From positions 2,272,001 through 2,336,000 of the forward strand of contig OZ244653.1 in NCBI GenBank assembly GCA_965218795.1: a stretch of DNA of 64,000 nucleotides, read 5' to 3'. Every line of letters starts with the position of its first letter. The first letter of the stretch is position 1. The notes beneath the pieces were generated by a model. That model was given only the letters and a program-made list of their open reading frames with translations. It searched no databases and was not told the DNA's origin. Source of the stretch: a bacterium. Its GTDB lineage: Bacteria; UBA8248; JACPRG01; G963555815. This document shows, in pieces, positions 43,906-53,892 of this stretch. A program made the translations under genes and the position numbers.

Positions 43906-45870
43906 TTACAGCAGGAGCGGCGCCATCACCAGAGAGATGATGGACATCAGCTTGATGAGGATGTTCATTGAAGGGCCCGATGTGTCCTTGAGCGGGTCGC
44001 CCACCGTGTCCCCGACCACACCGGCCTTGTGGGCTTCGGAACCCTTTCCTCCGAAATGGCCCTCTTCGATATACTTCTTGGCGTTGTCCCAGGCACCGCC
44101 GCCGTTGGCCATCATGAGCGCCAAGAGAACGCCGGATAACGTCGCGCCTGCGAGCATCCCGCCCAGCGCCTCGCGGCCAATCAAGAACCCGACCAGTACA
44201 GGGAGGACGAAGGCTGTCACGCCTGGCAGGATCATTTCCTTCAGCGCGGCGTCCGTACTGATGGAGATGCACCTCGCATGATCGGGTGTCCCGGTCCCTT
44301 CCATCAGCCCGGGTATTTCGCGGAACTGCCGGCGAATCTCCTCGACCATCTTGAAGGCGGCCTTCCCCACCGAGGTGGTCGTGACGGCCGCAATAAAGAA
44401 TGGAACGGCCCCTCCAATGAGAAGGCCCACCACGACGCGGGCATTCGTCAGGTTGATGACGTCCAGCTTGGCCGCGGCGGTATAGGCCGAAAAGAGCGCC
44501 AGGGCGGTCAGCGCCGCTGAACCGATGGCGAAGCCCTTCCCGATGGCCGCCGTTGTGTTGCCCAGGGAGTCGAGGCTGTCCGTAATTTTTCGCGTTTCGG
44601 GGCCCAACTCGGCCATCTCGGAGATTCCGCCCCCATTGTCCGCAATGGGCCCGTACGCGTCGACAGACATGGTGATGCCGATAGTGGCCAACATGCCGAC
44701 CGCCGCAATGGCGATGCCGTACAGCCCCGCCAGGGCGGAGGCCGCCCAGGTGGCGGCTGCAATCACCAGAATGCTGGGAGCGGCGCTTTCCATCGCCAAA
44801 GCCAACCCGGCGATGATGTTCGTGGCGACACCCGTCTGGCAGGCCTCAGCTAATTTGATGATGGGTTTTCCGGCCGTGTAATACTCCGTCAACCGTCCGA
44901 TGATGATTCCGGCGACTGAACCCGCAAGAACGGACCCGAACACGTTGGAGGGGAGCCCCATGGATACCGTCACGAAGTAAGAAGGGATAAGCATCAAAAC
45001 CGCGCTGATGTAAGTGGCGTAGCGCAGGACGGCCGCCGGATCGAGATTTTGAAGAATCCTGACGGACAGAATCCCCAACAGGGAGGCGACCAGACCAATC
45101 ATCGCAATCAGCAGGGGAAGGGCCATCGCCGCTGAGGCCGTGGCCCCCATTGTCGCGCCGATGGCGATGACCGCGATGATGCTTCCGACATAGGACTCGA
45201 ACAGATCCGCTCCCATCCCTGCGACGTCGCCGACGTTGTCGCCGACCAGATCGGCGATCACTCCGGGGTTCCGGGGGTCATCCTCGGGAATCCCCGCTTC
45301 CACTTTCCCCACGAGATCCGATCCGACGTCGGCAGTCTTCGTGTAGATACCGCCCCCCACGCGCGCGAACAGGGCGATAGAGCTGGCCCCCATGCCGAAG
45401 CCGAAGACGACGCTGGGCTCATCCGAGAACAGCAGGAAGAAAACGCCTACGCCGATCAGCCCCAGGCTTGCAACGGAAAGCCCCATGATGGAACCACCGA
45501 AGAACGCCATGATCAAGGCCTTCCCCTGGCTCCCCCCGCGAGCGGCCTCCGCCGTCCTCAGGTTGGCCCGGGTCGCCGCCTTCATTCCAAAGAATCCCGC
45601 CAGGACCGAGCAGACGGCCCCGCCGAGGAAGGATATGGCCGTTCCCAAGTTCAAAAACAATGCGAGCAAGATAAAGACGATCACCACGAAGATGGCCAAT
45701 ATCTTGTATTCCTTCTTGAGAAAGACCATCGCCCCGTCGTGGATGGCTTTGGACAGGCTCTGCATTCTCTCATTGCCCGCCGGCTGGCTCGAAATGTAGC
45801 GAAACAGGAGTCCAGCGATCAGCAGGCCGATCAAGCCCAAAATGGGCGCCCAGCCGGTGAACGTGCTCAT
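43906..45870 (-). CDS. hppA: membrane-bound K+-dependent (probably Na+-translocating) pyrophosphatase
   Basis: [50 protein letters not shown]. Confidence 0.96.
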   Translation of the reverse strand: MSTFTGWAPILGLIGLLIAGLLFRYISSQPAGNERMQSLSKAIHDGAMVFLKKEYKILAIFVVIVFILLALFLNLGTAISFLGGAVCSVLAGFFGMKAATRANLRTAEAARGGSQGKALIMAFFGGSIMGLSVASLGLIGVGVFFLLFSDEPSVVFGFGMGASSIALFARVGGGIYTKTADVGSDLVGKVEAGIPEDDPRNPGVIADLVGDNVGDVAGMGADLFESYVGSIIAVIAIGATMGATASAAMALPLLIAMIGLVASLLGILSVRILQNLDPAAVLRYATYISAVLMLIPSYFVTVSMGLPSNVFGSVLAGSVAGIIIGRLTEYYTAGKPIIKLAEACQTGVATNIIAGLALAMESAAPSILVIAAATWAASALAGLYGIAIAAVGMLATIGITMSVDAYGPIADNGGGISEMAELGPETRKITDSLDSLGNTTAAIGKGFAIGSAALTALALFSAYTAAAKLDVINLTNARVVVGLLIGGAVPFFIAAVTTTSVGKAAFKMVEEIRRQFREIPGLMEGTGTPDHARCISISTDAALKEMILPGVTAFVLPVLVGFLIGREALGGMLAGATLSGVLLALMMANGGGAWDNAKKYIEEGHFGGKGSEAHKAGVVGDTVGDPLKDTSGPSMNILIKLMSIISLVMAPLLL

Positions 45871-46502
45871 GAACGTGTTTCTCCCCTCGATTCCTTCGGA
45901 AGCTTGTCTCGATCCCAAACCCGGATCAACTCATCGATGCGGTCGGCCGCCAGGCCGATCACACCCTTCAGTTCCTCTTCCTCCCGCCGGGTGAAAGAAC
46001 TCAGGACATAATCGGCCTCGCTTTGATCCTCCATCCCACGGCCGATCCCTATCCGAATTCGCGCGAAGTCCCTCCCCCCGATACTTCCAATGATCGATCG
46101 AACACCGCGGTGTCCGCCGTCTCCACCTTTTCGTTTCAAGCGTACGGCGCCAAACGATATATCGATGTCATCGTGAACGACCAAGAGGTCCGTCATTCCC
46201 AATCCGAATTCCTTCAGCAATCCGCGAACAGCCCTCCCGGAACGGTTCATCAAGTCCTGCGGCTTGGCGAGCAGGACGCGCCGGCCATAAAGAGAGCCAT
46301 TGCCCGCAAGCGAACAATGGCCCGCCTCTTCGAACTCCACTCCCAGCCGCGCCGCCAGTTCATCCAGAACTCGAAACCCGGCATTGTGACGGGTTTCGGC
46401 GTACTCCGGGCCGGGATTCCCCAGACCGATGATCAGGATCGGCCGCTCCGGACCGTCAGTTCCGCCCGGTCTTTTCCCGGTCAGACGGCGAAAAAGCCTC
46501 AC
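45867..46502 (-). CDS. pth: peptidyl-tRNA hydrolase
   Basis: GLGNPG, TRHNAG, MNRSG, VHDDID, GGHRG. Confidence 0.96.
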   Translation of the reverse strand: MRLFRRLTGKRPGGTDGPERPILIIGLGNPGPEYAETRHNAGFRVLDELAARLGVEFEEAGHCSLAGNGSLYGRRVLLAKPQDLMNRSGRAVRGLLKEFGLGMTDLLVVHDDIDISFGAVRLKRKGGDGGHRGVRSIIGSIGGRDFARIRIGIGRGMEDQSEADYVLSSFTRREEEELKGVIGLAADRIDELIRVWDRDKLPKESRGETRS

Positions 46503-47176
46503 CCCTCGCCAGACTCTTCTTTTGCCGCTTCAGCCGCTCCGGGCTCCTCCTCTCCCGGGGCCTCTTTCCCTTCCTCCACGGCCTCGCCTTCAAGGACTTC
46601 TTCTTCCACTCCCGCAGTCACAACGGTCACGCTGGCAACCGCCTCTTCAGAATCGGTAATCATCTCAACCCCGGACGGCAACTGCAAGTCCTTGACGTGA
46701 ATCACCGCGCCCACCTCCATTTCCGACACATCGATATTCACGGAAGGGGGGATCGCCATCGGCAGGCATCGAACGGCCACCGTGGAGAGCAACTGGCCCA
46801 GATAGCCTTGGTCCTGCACCACCCCGATCGGGATTCCCTCCAATTCGATGGGCACGTCGACCTCAACTTCGCGATCCACGGAAATCTGCAACAGGTCGGC
46901 GTGAAGGATTTCCCCCCGGATGGGGTCGTTTTGAATCTCGCGGACCATCACGAGCCGTTCCGTTCCATCCCCACTTTCGATCCGAAGGCGCATGAGGGCG
47001 TTGGCGCCCGCCTCGGTGGTCAACAATTGTCGAAGTTCCCGGGGATTGAGCGTCAGGGCGAAGTTTTCTCCTTCGCCGTACATGACGGCCGGGATATTTC
47101 CCGCCTCGCGAACCTGTCGCGCCGGCCCTTTGCCTCGGCCTTCGCGTGTTTGAGCGTGAAGTATCAACTCTTCCAT
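46499..47176 (-). CDS. rplY: 50S ribosomal protein L25/Ctc
   Basis: GKGPAR, IPAVMYG, HADL, TL5 C-terminal domain. Confidence 0.95.
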   Translation of the reverse strand: MEELILHAQTREGRGKGPARQVREAGNIPAVMYGEGENFALTLNPRELRQLLTTEAGANALMRLRIESGDGTERLVMVREIQNDPIRGEILHADLLQISVDREVEVDVPIELEGIPIGVVQDQGYLGQLLSTVAVRCLPMAIPPSVNIDVSEMEVGAVIHVKDLQLPSGVEMITDSEEAVASVTVVTAGVEEEVLEGEAVEEGKEAPGEEEPGAAEAAKEESGEG

Positions 47177-47189
47177 GACATTTCCTTCA

Positions 47190-48131
47190 TCAGACAAACA
47201 GCGAACTCACAGAACTTTCGCTGTGGATGCGCTGGATTGCGTCTCCCAGCAGGGTTGCGATGGAAAGCACTTGAATGCGCGGGCATTCCAGGGCGCGCGG
47301 TCTCAGCGGGATGGTATCGGTCACCACGACCTGCGCGATCGACGAGTTTTCTATGTGATCGATAGCCGATCCGGAGAAGACCGGATGAGTGGCGCTGGCG
47401 TAGACGGTTGTCGCCCCCTTCTCCATCAGAGCCCGGGCTCCTTCGGTCAAGGTTCCGGCCGTGTCGATCATGTCATCCACGATGAGCACCATGCGGTCCC
47501 TGACATCCCCAATGACGTTCATGGCCTGAGCCACGTTTTCACGCTCCCTGCGCTTATCGATGATGCCCAAAGGAGCGTCCATCCGTTTGGCGAAGGCTCG
47601 AGCCCGCTCCACTCCGCCGGAATCCGGCGAAACGACAGTCAAATCGGCCAAATTCAACCCTTGAAAATGCTCGATGATGAGGGGGGCGGCGAATAGATGA
47701 TCCACGGGGATGTCGAAAAACCCTTGGATCTGCCCCGCGTGCAGATCGATCGTCAGGACCCGGTCCGCCCCTGCCGCGCCCAGGAGATCGGCCACCAGTT
47801 TCGCCGTGATGGGAACCCGGGGCTGAACCTTCCGGTCCTGTCGGGCGTAGCCAAAGTACGGGATCACCGCGGTGATCCGCCTCGCCGAGGCCCGCCGGAA
47901 GGCATCGATCATGATCAAAAGCTCCATGAGATTCGTCTGGGAGGGGGAGCACGTCGGCTGAATCAAAAAGCAATCCATCCCCCGGACGTTCTCATTGATA
48001 TACACATTGATCTCGCCGTCGCTGAAATCGGTGATCTCAAGCTGACCCAATGCGATATTCAGAGATTTTGAGATCCCTTCCGCCAATTCTGGATTGGCAC
48101 GACCGGAGAAGAGCTTCAATTCTCCATTCAT
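47190..48131 (-). CDS. prs: ribose-phosphate pyrophosphokinase
   Basis: FSDGEI, YARQDRK, DLHAGQIQGFF, VDDMIDTAGT. Confidence 0.98.
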   Translation of the reverse strand: MNGELKLFSGRANPELAEGISKSLNIALGQLEITDFSDGEINVYINENVRGMDCFLIQPTCSPSQTNLMELLIMIDAFRRASARRITAVIPYFGYARQDRKVQPRVPITAKLVADLLGAAGADRVLTIDLHAGQIQGFFDIPVDHLFAAPLIIEHFQGLNLADLTVVSPDSGGVERARAFAKRMDAPLGIIDKRRERENVAQAMNVIGDVRDRMVLIVDDMIDTAGTLTEGARALMEKGATTVYASATHPVFSGSAIDHIENSSIAQVVVTDTIPLRPRALECPRIQVLSIATLLGDAIQRIHSESSVSSLFV

Positions 48132-48165
48132 AGATTCCGGTCATCCTCGTTGGATTACGTTTTCA

Positions 48166-48240
48166 TGGCTGGGGCGGGAGGATTCGAACCTCCGAATGCT
48201 GGATCCAAAATCCAGTGCCTTACCGCTTGGCTACGCCCCA
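48166..48240 (-). tRNA. tRNA-Gln (TTG)
   Basis: TGGGGCG TAGCCAAGCGGTAAGGC A CTGGA TTTTGGA TCCAG ... GGAGGTTCGAATCCTCC CGCCCCA GCCA cloverleaf with encoded CCA. Confidence 0.97.
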
Positions 48241-48263
48241 AAGAGCGGGGCTGTTTCATTCCT

Positions 48264-48608
48264 TCAGCATGTATCCGACTGGCCGGGTGGGGGCGCTTCG
48301 CCGCCAGGTTCCTCTGACCGGACGGGCTGTGAAATCGGCCGCGTTTCCTGTCGCTGGCGCAGGAGGTTCTGGTAGCGACCCAATATCTTGTCTTCGATCA
48401 TCCGGCGGGTTTCACTGTTCAGCGGGTGGGCGGTATCCTTGAACGAACCGTCTTTACATTTCCGGCTCGGCATGGCTACAAACAAACCGTTGGTCCCCTG
48501 AATGATCTTCAAGTCCCTCACAACGAAGCAATGATCAAAGGTGATGGTCACGTAAGCCTTCAGCTTCTCTTCGTCGACAGGGTAGACACGAACCTCTGTG
48601 ATTTCCAT
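48264..48608 (-). CDS. spoVG: SpoVG family nucleic-acid-binding regulator
   Basis: MEITEVRV, LKAYVTITFD, GLFVAMPSRK, DTAHPLN. Confidence 0.95.
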   Translation of the reverse strand: MEITEVRVYPVDEEKLKAYVTITFDHCFVVRDLKIIQGTNGLFVAMPSRKCKDGSFKDTAHPLNSETRRMIEDKILGRYQNLLRQRQETRPISQPVRSEEPGGEAPPPGQSDTC

Positions 48609-48654
48609 TTCGCCACCATTCCCCGTACGGGGCCATCGGGCATCATACCAAACC

Positions 48655-49533
48655 TCAGAACATACGCTCCTTCACTCCCAGCGTTCGCGTGATCCGAGTC
48701 AACATGCCATCTTGCCCCATTTTTCGGGCTGCCCGCCTGGCCTGACGATCAAGCGGAAAGAAGCCAAAGACCGTGGGGCCGCTCCCGCTCATCATCGCGA
48801 GTTCCGCACCCAATTCAAACAGTTTCTCCTTGAGCTTCCCTACGACGGGATACGCCTGGAATACGGGCGGTTCCAGATCGTTCCTGAAAATTTCCCATCC
48901 GGGCGGAAGCCGTGGAAATAAAGAACTTCTCTCTAGAATCTTAGGATTGGGAGCAGGGTGTGTCAACCCGGATTTCCACTCCTGATAGGCCCAGGCGGTT
49001 GAAATCGCAATGGGGGGCTTGACGAGCACCACGGTCCGGATCGGTCCCGGCCGAATCTCTGTCAGGCGATCGCCGCGGTCCTCTCCGAGAGCGCAGGCCC
49101 CTCCCAGGAAAAACGAGACATCCGCTCCAAGATCAGAGGCCAGCTCCAACAAGCCTTCTTGCGTCACATCCAGGTCCAGGAGCCTTCGGAGACCGAACAG
49201 GACGGCGGCGGCGTTCGCGCTCCCCCCGCCAAGCCCGGCGGCAGCGGGAATCCTCTTCTCGATATAGATGGAGCAGCCGGCTTTGACCCGGGCCGCCTTC
49301 ATCAATCGTTCGGCGGCCCGGAAGGCCAGATTCTTCGCACCGTCGGGCACATCGGGGTGAGAACACCGGACCCTCAGGCGGCCCGGCCGAAGGGTCAGGG
49401 TGACACGGTCGCGGAGGGCCAGTTTCTGCAGAATCGTCTTGACTTCATGATAGCCGTCCGGCCGCTTCCCCAGGATATGAAGGCCGAGGTTGATCTTCGC
49501 TGGGGGATAAAGGTGCAAGACGCGCAAGGGCAT
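48655..49533 (-). CDS. ispE: 4-diphosphocytidyl-2-C-methyl-D-erythritol kinase
   Basis: PAKINL, DGYHE, KRIPAAAGLGGGS, MSGSGPT. Confidence 0.96.
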   Translation of the reverse strand: MPLRVLHLYPPAKINLGLHILGKRPDGYHEVKTILQKLALRDRVTLTLRPGRLRVRCSHPDVPDGAKNLAFRAAERLMKAARVKAGCSIYIEKRIPAAAGLGGGSANAAAVLFGLRRLLDLDVTQEGLLELASDLGADVSFFLGGACALGEDRGDRLTEIRPGPIRTVVLVKPPIAISTAWAYQEWKSGLTHPAPNPKILERSSLFPRLPPGWEIFRNDLEPPVFQAYPVVGKLKEKLFELGAELAMMSGSGPTVFGFFPLDRQARRAARKMGQDGMLTRITRTLGVKERMF

Positions 49534-49545
49534 GACGGCACGGGG

Positions 49546-50358
49546 TCATTCACGATCCAGCGGGATGACGGAAACGCCGCTCGGGACGGGGAGATGGAAA
49601 GCCAGCGGAGTCAGGCCCTGGTTGAGCTTCACCCTCCGATAATGAATCTCCAGGGTTCGCTCGCCCCGCCCCACTTCGACCTCCACGCTTGCGGGGAACC
49701 GAAGACCGTCCTCTGTTCGATATCCCGAATAAAACACTTCCAAACCAGCGCCTCCCGAGTGCGCGATTGATTGAAAGCGAAGGGGAACCAGACTTCGGGC
49801 GTCCAGCCACCATTGGCGTCTGACCCGATCGCCCTCGGTGATTTGCAATTGATAAGCACCCGATTGACCCACGGTCCCGTCCCATCGAACGCGGACATCG
49901 CCGGCCTCCTGCCTCGGCACGACACTCCCCAAAAGAACTTCGACCACCTCTCTGGGCGTAAGGGGAATTCCGAGCCAGCGGTAAAGATTCCGCGCCGTCG
50001 CACGTCCCCGGAAATACTGGTTTTTCGACGGGTGATATGCGCTGAGCGTGTCGTTATCCGCTACGATGTAGATCAGCGGTTGGCCAAAGAAATTCAGAGG
50101 CTCCAGGCGAATCGAGCCGTCACCCCGAAGAAGAAGAACCGCCTTTCCCGCGTATCGTTCCTCACGCGCGTTGAGAACGATCTCCACGACTCCCCTCAGA
50201 TCCCGAAGGTGGCCCTGCTCTTCCTGCACCCGATTCAACAGACGATCGGGTCGTTTCAGGATCCGATCGGCCTCCGGCGGGGGCGGGATGACCACGAGGG
50301 ATGCACACCCGGCTGCAAGAATCAAAAGAACCCCCGCCGTCATTTCGGCGATTCTCAC
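49546..50358 (-). CDS. DUF4292/LolB-like lipoprotein
   Basis: lipobox LAAGC, IRLEPLNFFGQP, beta-rich; sits between the TPR gene and ispE. Confidence 0.7.
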   Translation of the reverse strand: MRIAEMTAGVLLILAAGCASLVVIPPPPEADRILKRPDRLLNRVQEEQGHLRDLRGVVEIVLNAREERYAGKAVLLLRGDGSIRLEPLNFFGQPLIYIVADNDTLSAYHPSKNQYFRGRATARNLYRWLGIPLTPREVVEVLLGSVVPRQEAGDVRVRWDGTVGQSGAYQLQITEGDRVRRQWWLDARSLVPLRFQSIAHSGGAGLEVFYSGYRTEDGLRFPASVEVEVGRGERTLEIHYRRVKLNQGLTPLAFHLPVPSGVSVIPLDRE

Positions 50359-52208
50359 TCCCGCGCCGCCCTTTGCAACCCTTCTTCAATCTCCACGATC
50401 TTTTTCTTCACGGCCTCGTTCTCCGGATCGACCTTGAGAGAGCGCCTCCAGGCCCGAACCGCGTCTTTTCGGCGGTTCAGGTCACGGTACACGTCGCCCA
50501 GATGATCGAGGATCACCGGATCGTCCGGGAGAAGGGAAATGGCCAACTCCAGCTTTTTGACGGCCTTCTTCAGCCACCCCTTCTTGTAATAAGCCCAACC
50601 CATGCTGTCGACGTAAGCGCCGTTATTGGGCTCAAGCAGCATGGCCTTCTCAATCAGGACGATGGCTTCGTCCAGCCGAATGCTCTGTTCCGCCCACATA
50701 TAGCCGAGAAGGTTCTTGGCGCTCGCGTTCTTGTCGTTCAAACCCAGGACCGTCTCCATCAGCCGCGTCACTTCCTCATACTCTTTGAGCTCGTAATGCG
50801 CCACGGCCAAGTTGAACAAGAACCGTTCGTTCTTGGGTTCAATCTTCAAGGCGCGCTGATAGTGGGGTATCGCTTCTCGATACTTCTTTTGCCGGGCCGC
50901 ATAGAGGCCCAGCATGAACGGGGCCCGAGAGTCTCGGGGCTTCAGGTCTTGTACTTCCAGCAGATGCCTGGTCGCCTCCTCTTCCCTCTTCAGCTCCATC
51001 AAGACCCGGCTGATTTGGATTCGCGCCTCCACCAACCGGGGATGGTGCTCAAGAACGATTCCCAATTCCCGAAGCGAATCCTCGAATCGATCCCGCGATT
51101 CCTGGATGGCCGCAACGTAACGCCTGATCCGGGCATCTTGGGGATAAGCGTGCAAGAAAAATCTGAACTTCTGCAAGGCGTCTTTTTGCCGCCGCTGCTC
51201 AAAGTAGATGAGGCCGACAATCCGGTGGCCAAAAAGAGCGTCATCCGCCCGCTCCAGCCATTTCCCGAATTCCCCCTTCGGCACGGAGGGACCTTTTCCC
51301 TTATCGCGGAGAATCAACTGCTCTACCCGTTCCTGCACGGCCTTGTTCCCGGGGTCGATATGCAGCGCCCGCCGATACGCCCGGATGGCTTCCGGATACT
51401 TCTTCTGAAGCTCCAGAGTCCTCCCGACGCTGATGTGGGCGTCCACAAACCGCGCATAAAGCCGAAGGGTTGTCTGGAACTCCTTCAACGCTTGTTCATA
51501 CCTCCCCGCCGACAGGTGGGTATGTCCGAGGTAGTAACGGGCGAATGCGGATGAAGCGTCCTTTTCCAAAAGCTGGGTGAGAACTTCGAGGGCTTCGTCC
51601 CATTCCTTCTTCTCGATCAAATTCGCGCCCAAAAAGATCGAGGCCTCCTGCAGGTTCGGCTTCTGTTTCAGGGCCGCCCGGTAGTTGCGGACCGCCTCTT
51701 CAGGACGGCCGAGGGCAGTGTGAATCTCGGCTGACAGAATTCTCATTTCAACCTGTTCGGGAGCCAGCGTGACGCTTCGGTCGGCCTCCTTCACGGCCTC
51801 TTCCATCCGCCCCAGACGCACGAGCACGGACGCCCGCGCAAAGTGGAGATAGGGAGTCTTCGGAGACAGCTCGATAGCCTTCCGGTAGGCCGTCTCGGCG
51901 GCGGTCAGGTCGTAATCCATCTCCGCCAGATAACCTCTGAGGAACTGTGCATGAGCAAGACCGGGGATATCTTCGCCCCTGGACCGACGCGGCGCTCCCC
52001 GGCCGACTTGTTTCGCCGTAGAGGCGCGCCGGATGAGTCCCCCGGTTTTTCCGGGTTCGGCTTGGGCGCCGCTGGACGAGCCGATACCCTGCATGCCTGT
52101 TCTGAGTTCACCCAAGGGTGTTTCCGTGGGGACCCACGCTGCACATCCGGACGACATCAAGCCGACGATCAGCATCCAGGAAGAGACGAGCCATTTGACC
52201 ATTTTCAA
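50355..52208 (-). CDS. tetratricopeptide repeat lipoprotein
   Basis: lipobox MSSGC, many TPRs, C-terminal NLLGYMWAE...YVDSMGWAYY...HLGDVY. Confidence 0.9.
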   Translation of the reverse strand: MKMVKWLVSSWMLIVGLMSSGCAAWVPTETPLGELRTGMQGIGSSSGAQAEPGKTGGLIRRASTAKQVGRGAPRRSRGEDIPGLAHAQFLRGYLAEMDYDLTAAETAYRKAIELSPKTPYLHFARASVLVRLGRMEEAVKEADRSVTLAPEQVEMRILSAEIHTALGRPEEAVRNYRAALKQKPNLQEASIFLGANLIEKKEWDEALEVLTQLLEKDASSAFARYYLGHTHLSAGRYEQALKEFQTTLRLYARFVDAHISVGRTLELQKKYPEAIRAYRRALHIDPGNKAVQERVEQLILRDKGKGPSVPKGEFGKWLERADDALFGHRIVGLIYFEQRRQKDALQKFRFFLHAYPQDARIRRYVAAIQESRDRFEDSLRELGIVLEHHPRLVEARIQISRVLMELKREEEATRHLLEVQDLKPRDSRAPFMLGLYAARQKKYREAIPHYQRALKIEPKNERFLFNLAVAHYELKEYEEVTRLMETVLGLNDKNASAKNLLGYMWAEQSIRLDEAIVLIEKAMLLEPNNGAYVDSMGWAYYKKGWLKKAVKKLELAISLLPDDPVILDHLGDVYRDLNRRKDAVRAWRRSLKVDPENEAVKKKIVEIEEGLQRAARE

Positions 52209-52684
52209 GGCTTCATCCTTCTGACACGGTCCAAAAGCGCCGCAAACGCTTTCCGGACGTCCTCATTCGGGATCTTCGAAAGGGCTTCCTGGGACTCTGC
52301 GGGATTCGGGACGCGCGTGGCGTACCACTTGCGCCGCTCCTGCACCCTTCCCGCCGGTAAGGGGTCCTCTTCGTCCTCAGGCTTGAAAGGCCCATCCGCC
52401 TGTCGAAAATATATCCGGTCCAGGGCCGCCTTCCCGACGGCTTCATTGAGGGCCCGGCGAACGGATTCACGCATATAGACCATCTGCTGGAGCCAAACCG
52501 GATCCCTCACGTCTACATAGAGCGTACGGCCTTTCACTTCTACCGGATTCGCCATTTCAGCGACCGCCGGGCCGACGACATCCTTCCACCGCCGCACCAC
52601 TTCATTTCGCTCCAGACCCGGACCCCAGGACGCCGAACGCGTCAATCCTTTCAGAATCGAACCGACAGAGCAGAAACCGCTCAT
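52205..52684 (-). CDS. DUF721 / DciA family protein
   Basis: WKDVVGPAVA...P...LYVDVRDPVWLQQM. Confidence 0.85.
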   Translation of the reverse strand: MSGFCSVGSILKGLTRSASWGPGLERNEVVRRWKDVVGPAVAEMANPVEVKGRTLYVDVRDPVWLQQMVYMRESVRRALNEAVGKAALDRIYFRQADGPFKPEDEEDPLPAGRVQERRKWYATRVPNPAESQEALSKIPNEDVRKAFAALLDRVRRMKP

Positions 52685-53433
52685 ATCTCGATGACCCGTC
52701 CTTCGGACTTCAGGTCGTCTACCATTTCGGCAATGGCTGCCATGACATGGTCGACGATCTTCTGGCTGGTCTCTTTTGTCGAGGGAAGCCGGTACAACGC
52801 CTCCATATCCAGCGGGGGACCGAACCGGACACCGAGGTCCTTGCCGATATGGGGACGAGCGCTATCGGGCGTCACGGCTTCGATGGTCCCCCAAACGGCT
52901 GTGGGGATGATGACCGGCTTGGCCAGGTGGATGAGGTGGCCGACTGGACGCTTCCCGGGCAGGAGCACGCCGTCCATGCTCCGGGTCCCCTCGGGGAAGA
53001 GCAATACCGAGGAGGTCTTCATGGCTCGTACAATCTGCCGCATGGCTCGAAGGTCTCTGCCCGTTCTGTCTACGAAAATCGTGCCATAGCTCCGGAGGAT
53101 GCGTCCCAGAACCGGGACCTGATTCAACTCGATTTTTGCGACGGACTGAACCAGTCGCTTGGGAAAACGCCAGAGAATGGCCGCGGGTATCAGGAGCGGA
53201 TCGAGATCAGAGATATGGTTGCTGAGAAACAGGACACCGCTCTTTTGTTCGGGGATGTTCTCCAACCCCTCGAACCGGGCCCGATTTGCAATCTTGAGGT
53301 AAGAAAGAATAACGAACCAACAATACCAAATCCATAGAAACCAACCGATCTTCCGGAGGCCTCGTGGTTGCGTCCAGGAAGGGGAATCAGGCTTGCTGAC
53401 GACAGCACTTTTTACCGAGTGGGTCATGTCCAA
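52681..53433 (-). CDS. plsC: 1-acyl-sn-glycerol-3-phosphate acyltransferase family protein
   Basis: NHISDLD, FVDR, FPEGTRS. Confidence 0.88.
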   Translation of the reverse strand: MDMTHSVKSAVVSKPDSPSWTQPRGLRKIGWFLWIWYCWFVILSYLKIANRARFEGLENIPEQKSGVLFLSNHISDLDPLLIPAAILWRFPKRLVQSVAKIELNQVPVLGRILRSYGTIFVDRTGRDLRAMRQIVRAMKTSSVLLFPEGTRSMDGVLLPGKRPVGHLIHLAKPVIIPTAVWGTIEAVTPDSARPHIGKDLGVRFGPPLDMEALYRLPSTKETSQKIVDHVMAAIAEMVDDLKSEGRVIEI

Positions 53434-53892
53434 GGAGATTGTTGGGTATTGATTTCGATTTGAGACTCCATCCTCGCACGCCCGACTCGCCTCAAATCAT
53501 ATCATATTCAGGTCCGCCTCGAGCCCGACCAGGGCTCTTGGTCGTGGGCCGTTTCGTTGAACGGACAGGACCTTATCGGGTTGTAGCCGCGATCCGAGCG
53601 CAGGGTCATCGACCCCAGAGGAAATTGTGGCGGGGCTTGCCCCGATCTCCGCTCCTCCGAGGGTCTTCGCTCGGATCGGAACTGCGTCGGAGAATCATCG
53701 GGCCATCCACAAGACCCGGCACAGTGCTGAAACTCGTCGCAAACTGACCCACTACCGGGCTTTTATCACATAATTTGTCACCGTCCAACGATTCGGAACA
53801 AGTTGCGGGGGATCCTCTCTTGTGCTATCGTTGAATACGTTGGAATGTCCCCAGCCGTTCCCTACATTTTCAGATGGACTCTTCGGTCTTCC

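Noticed and set aside
53763-53781. Pho-box-like direct repeat TTATCAC...TTGTCAC
   Set aside because: Period is 12 rather than 11 and the match is weak
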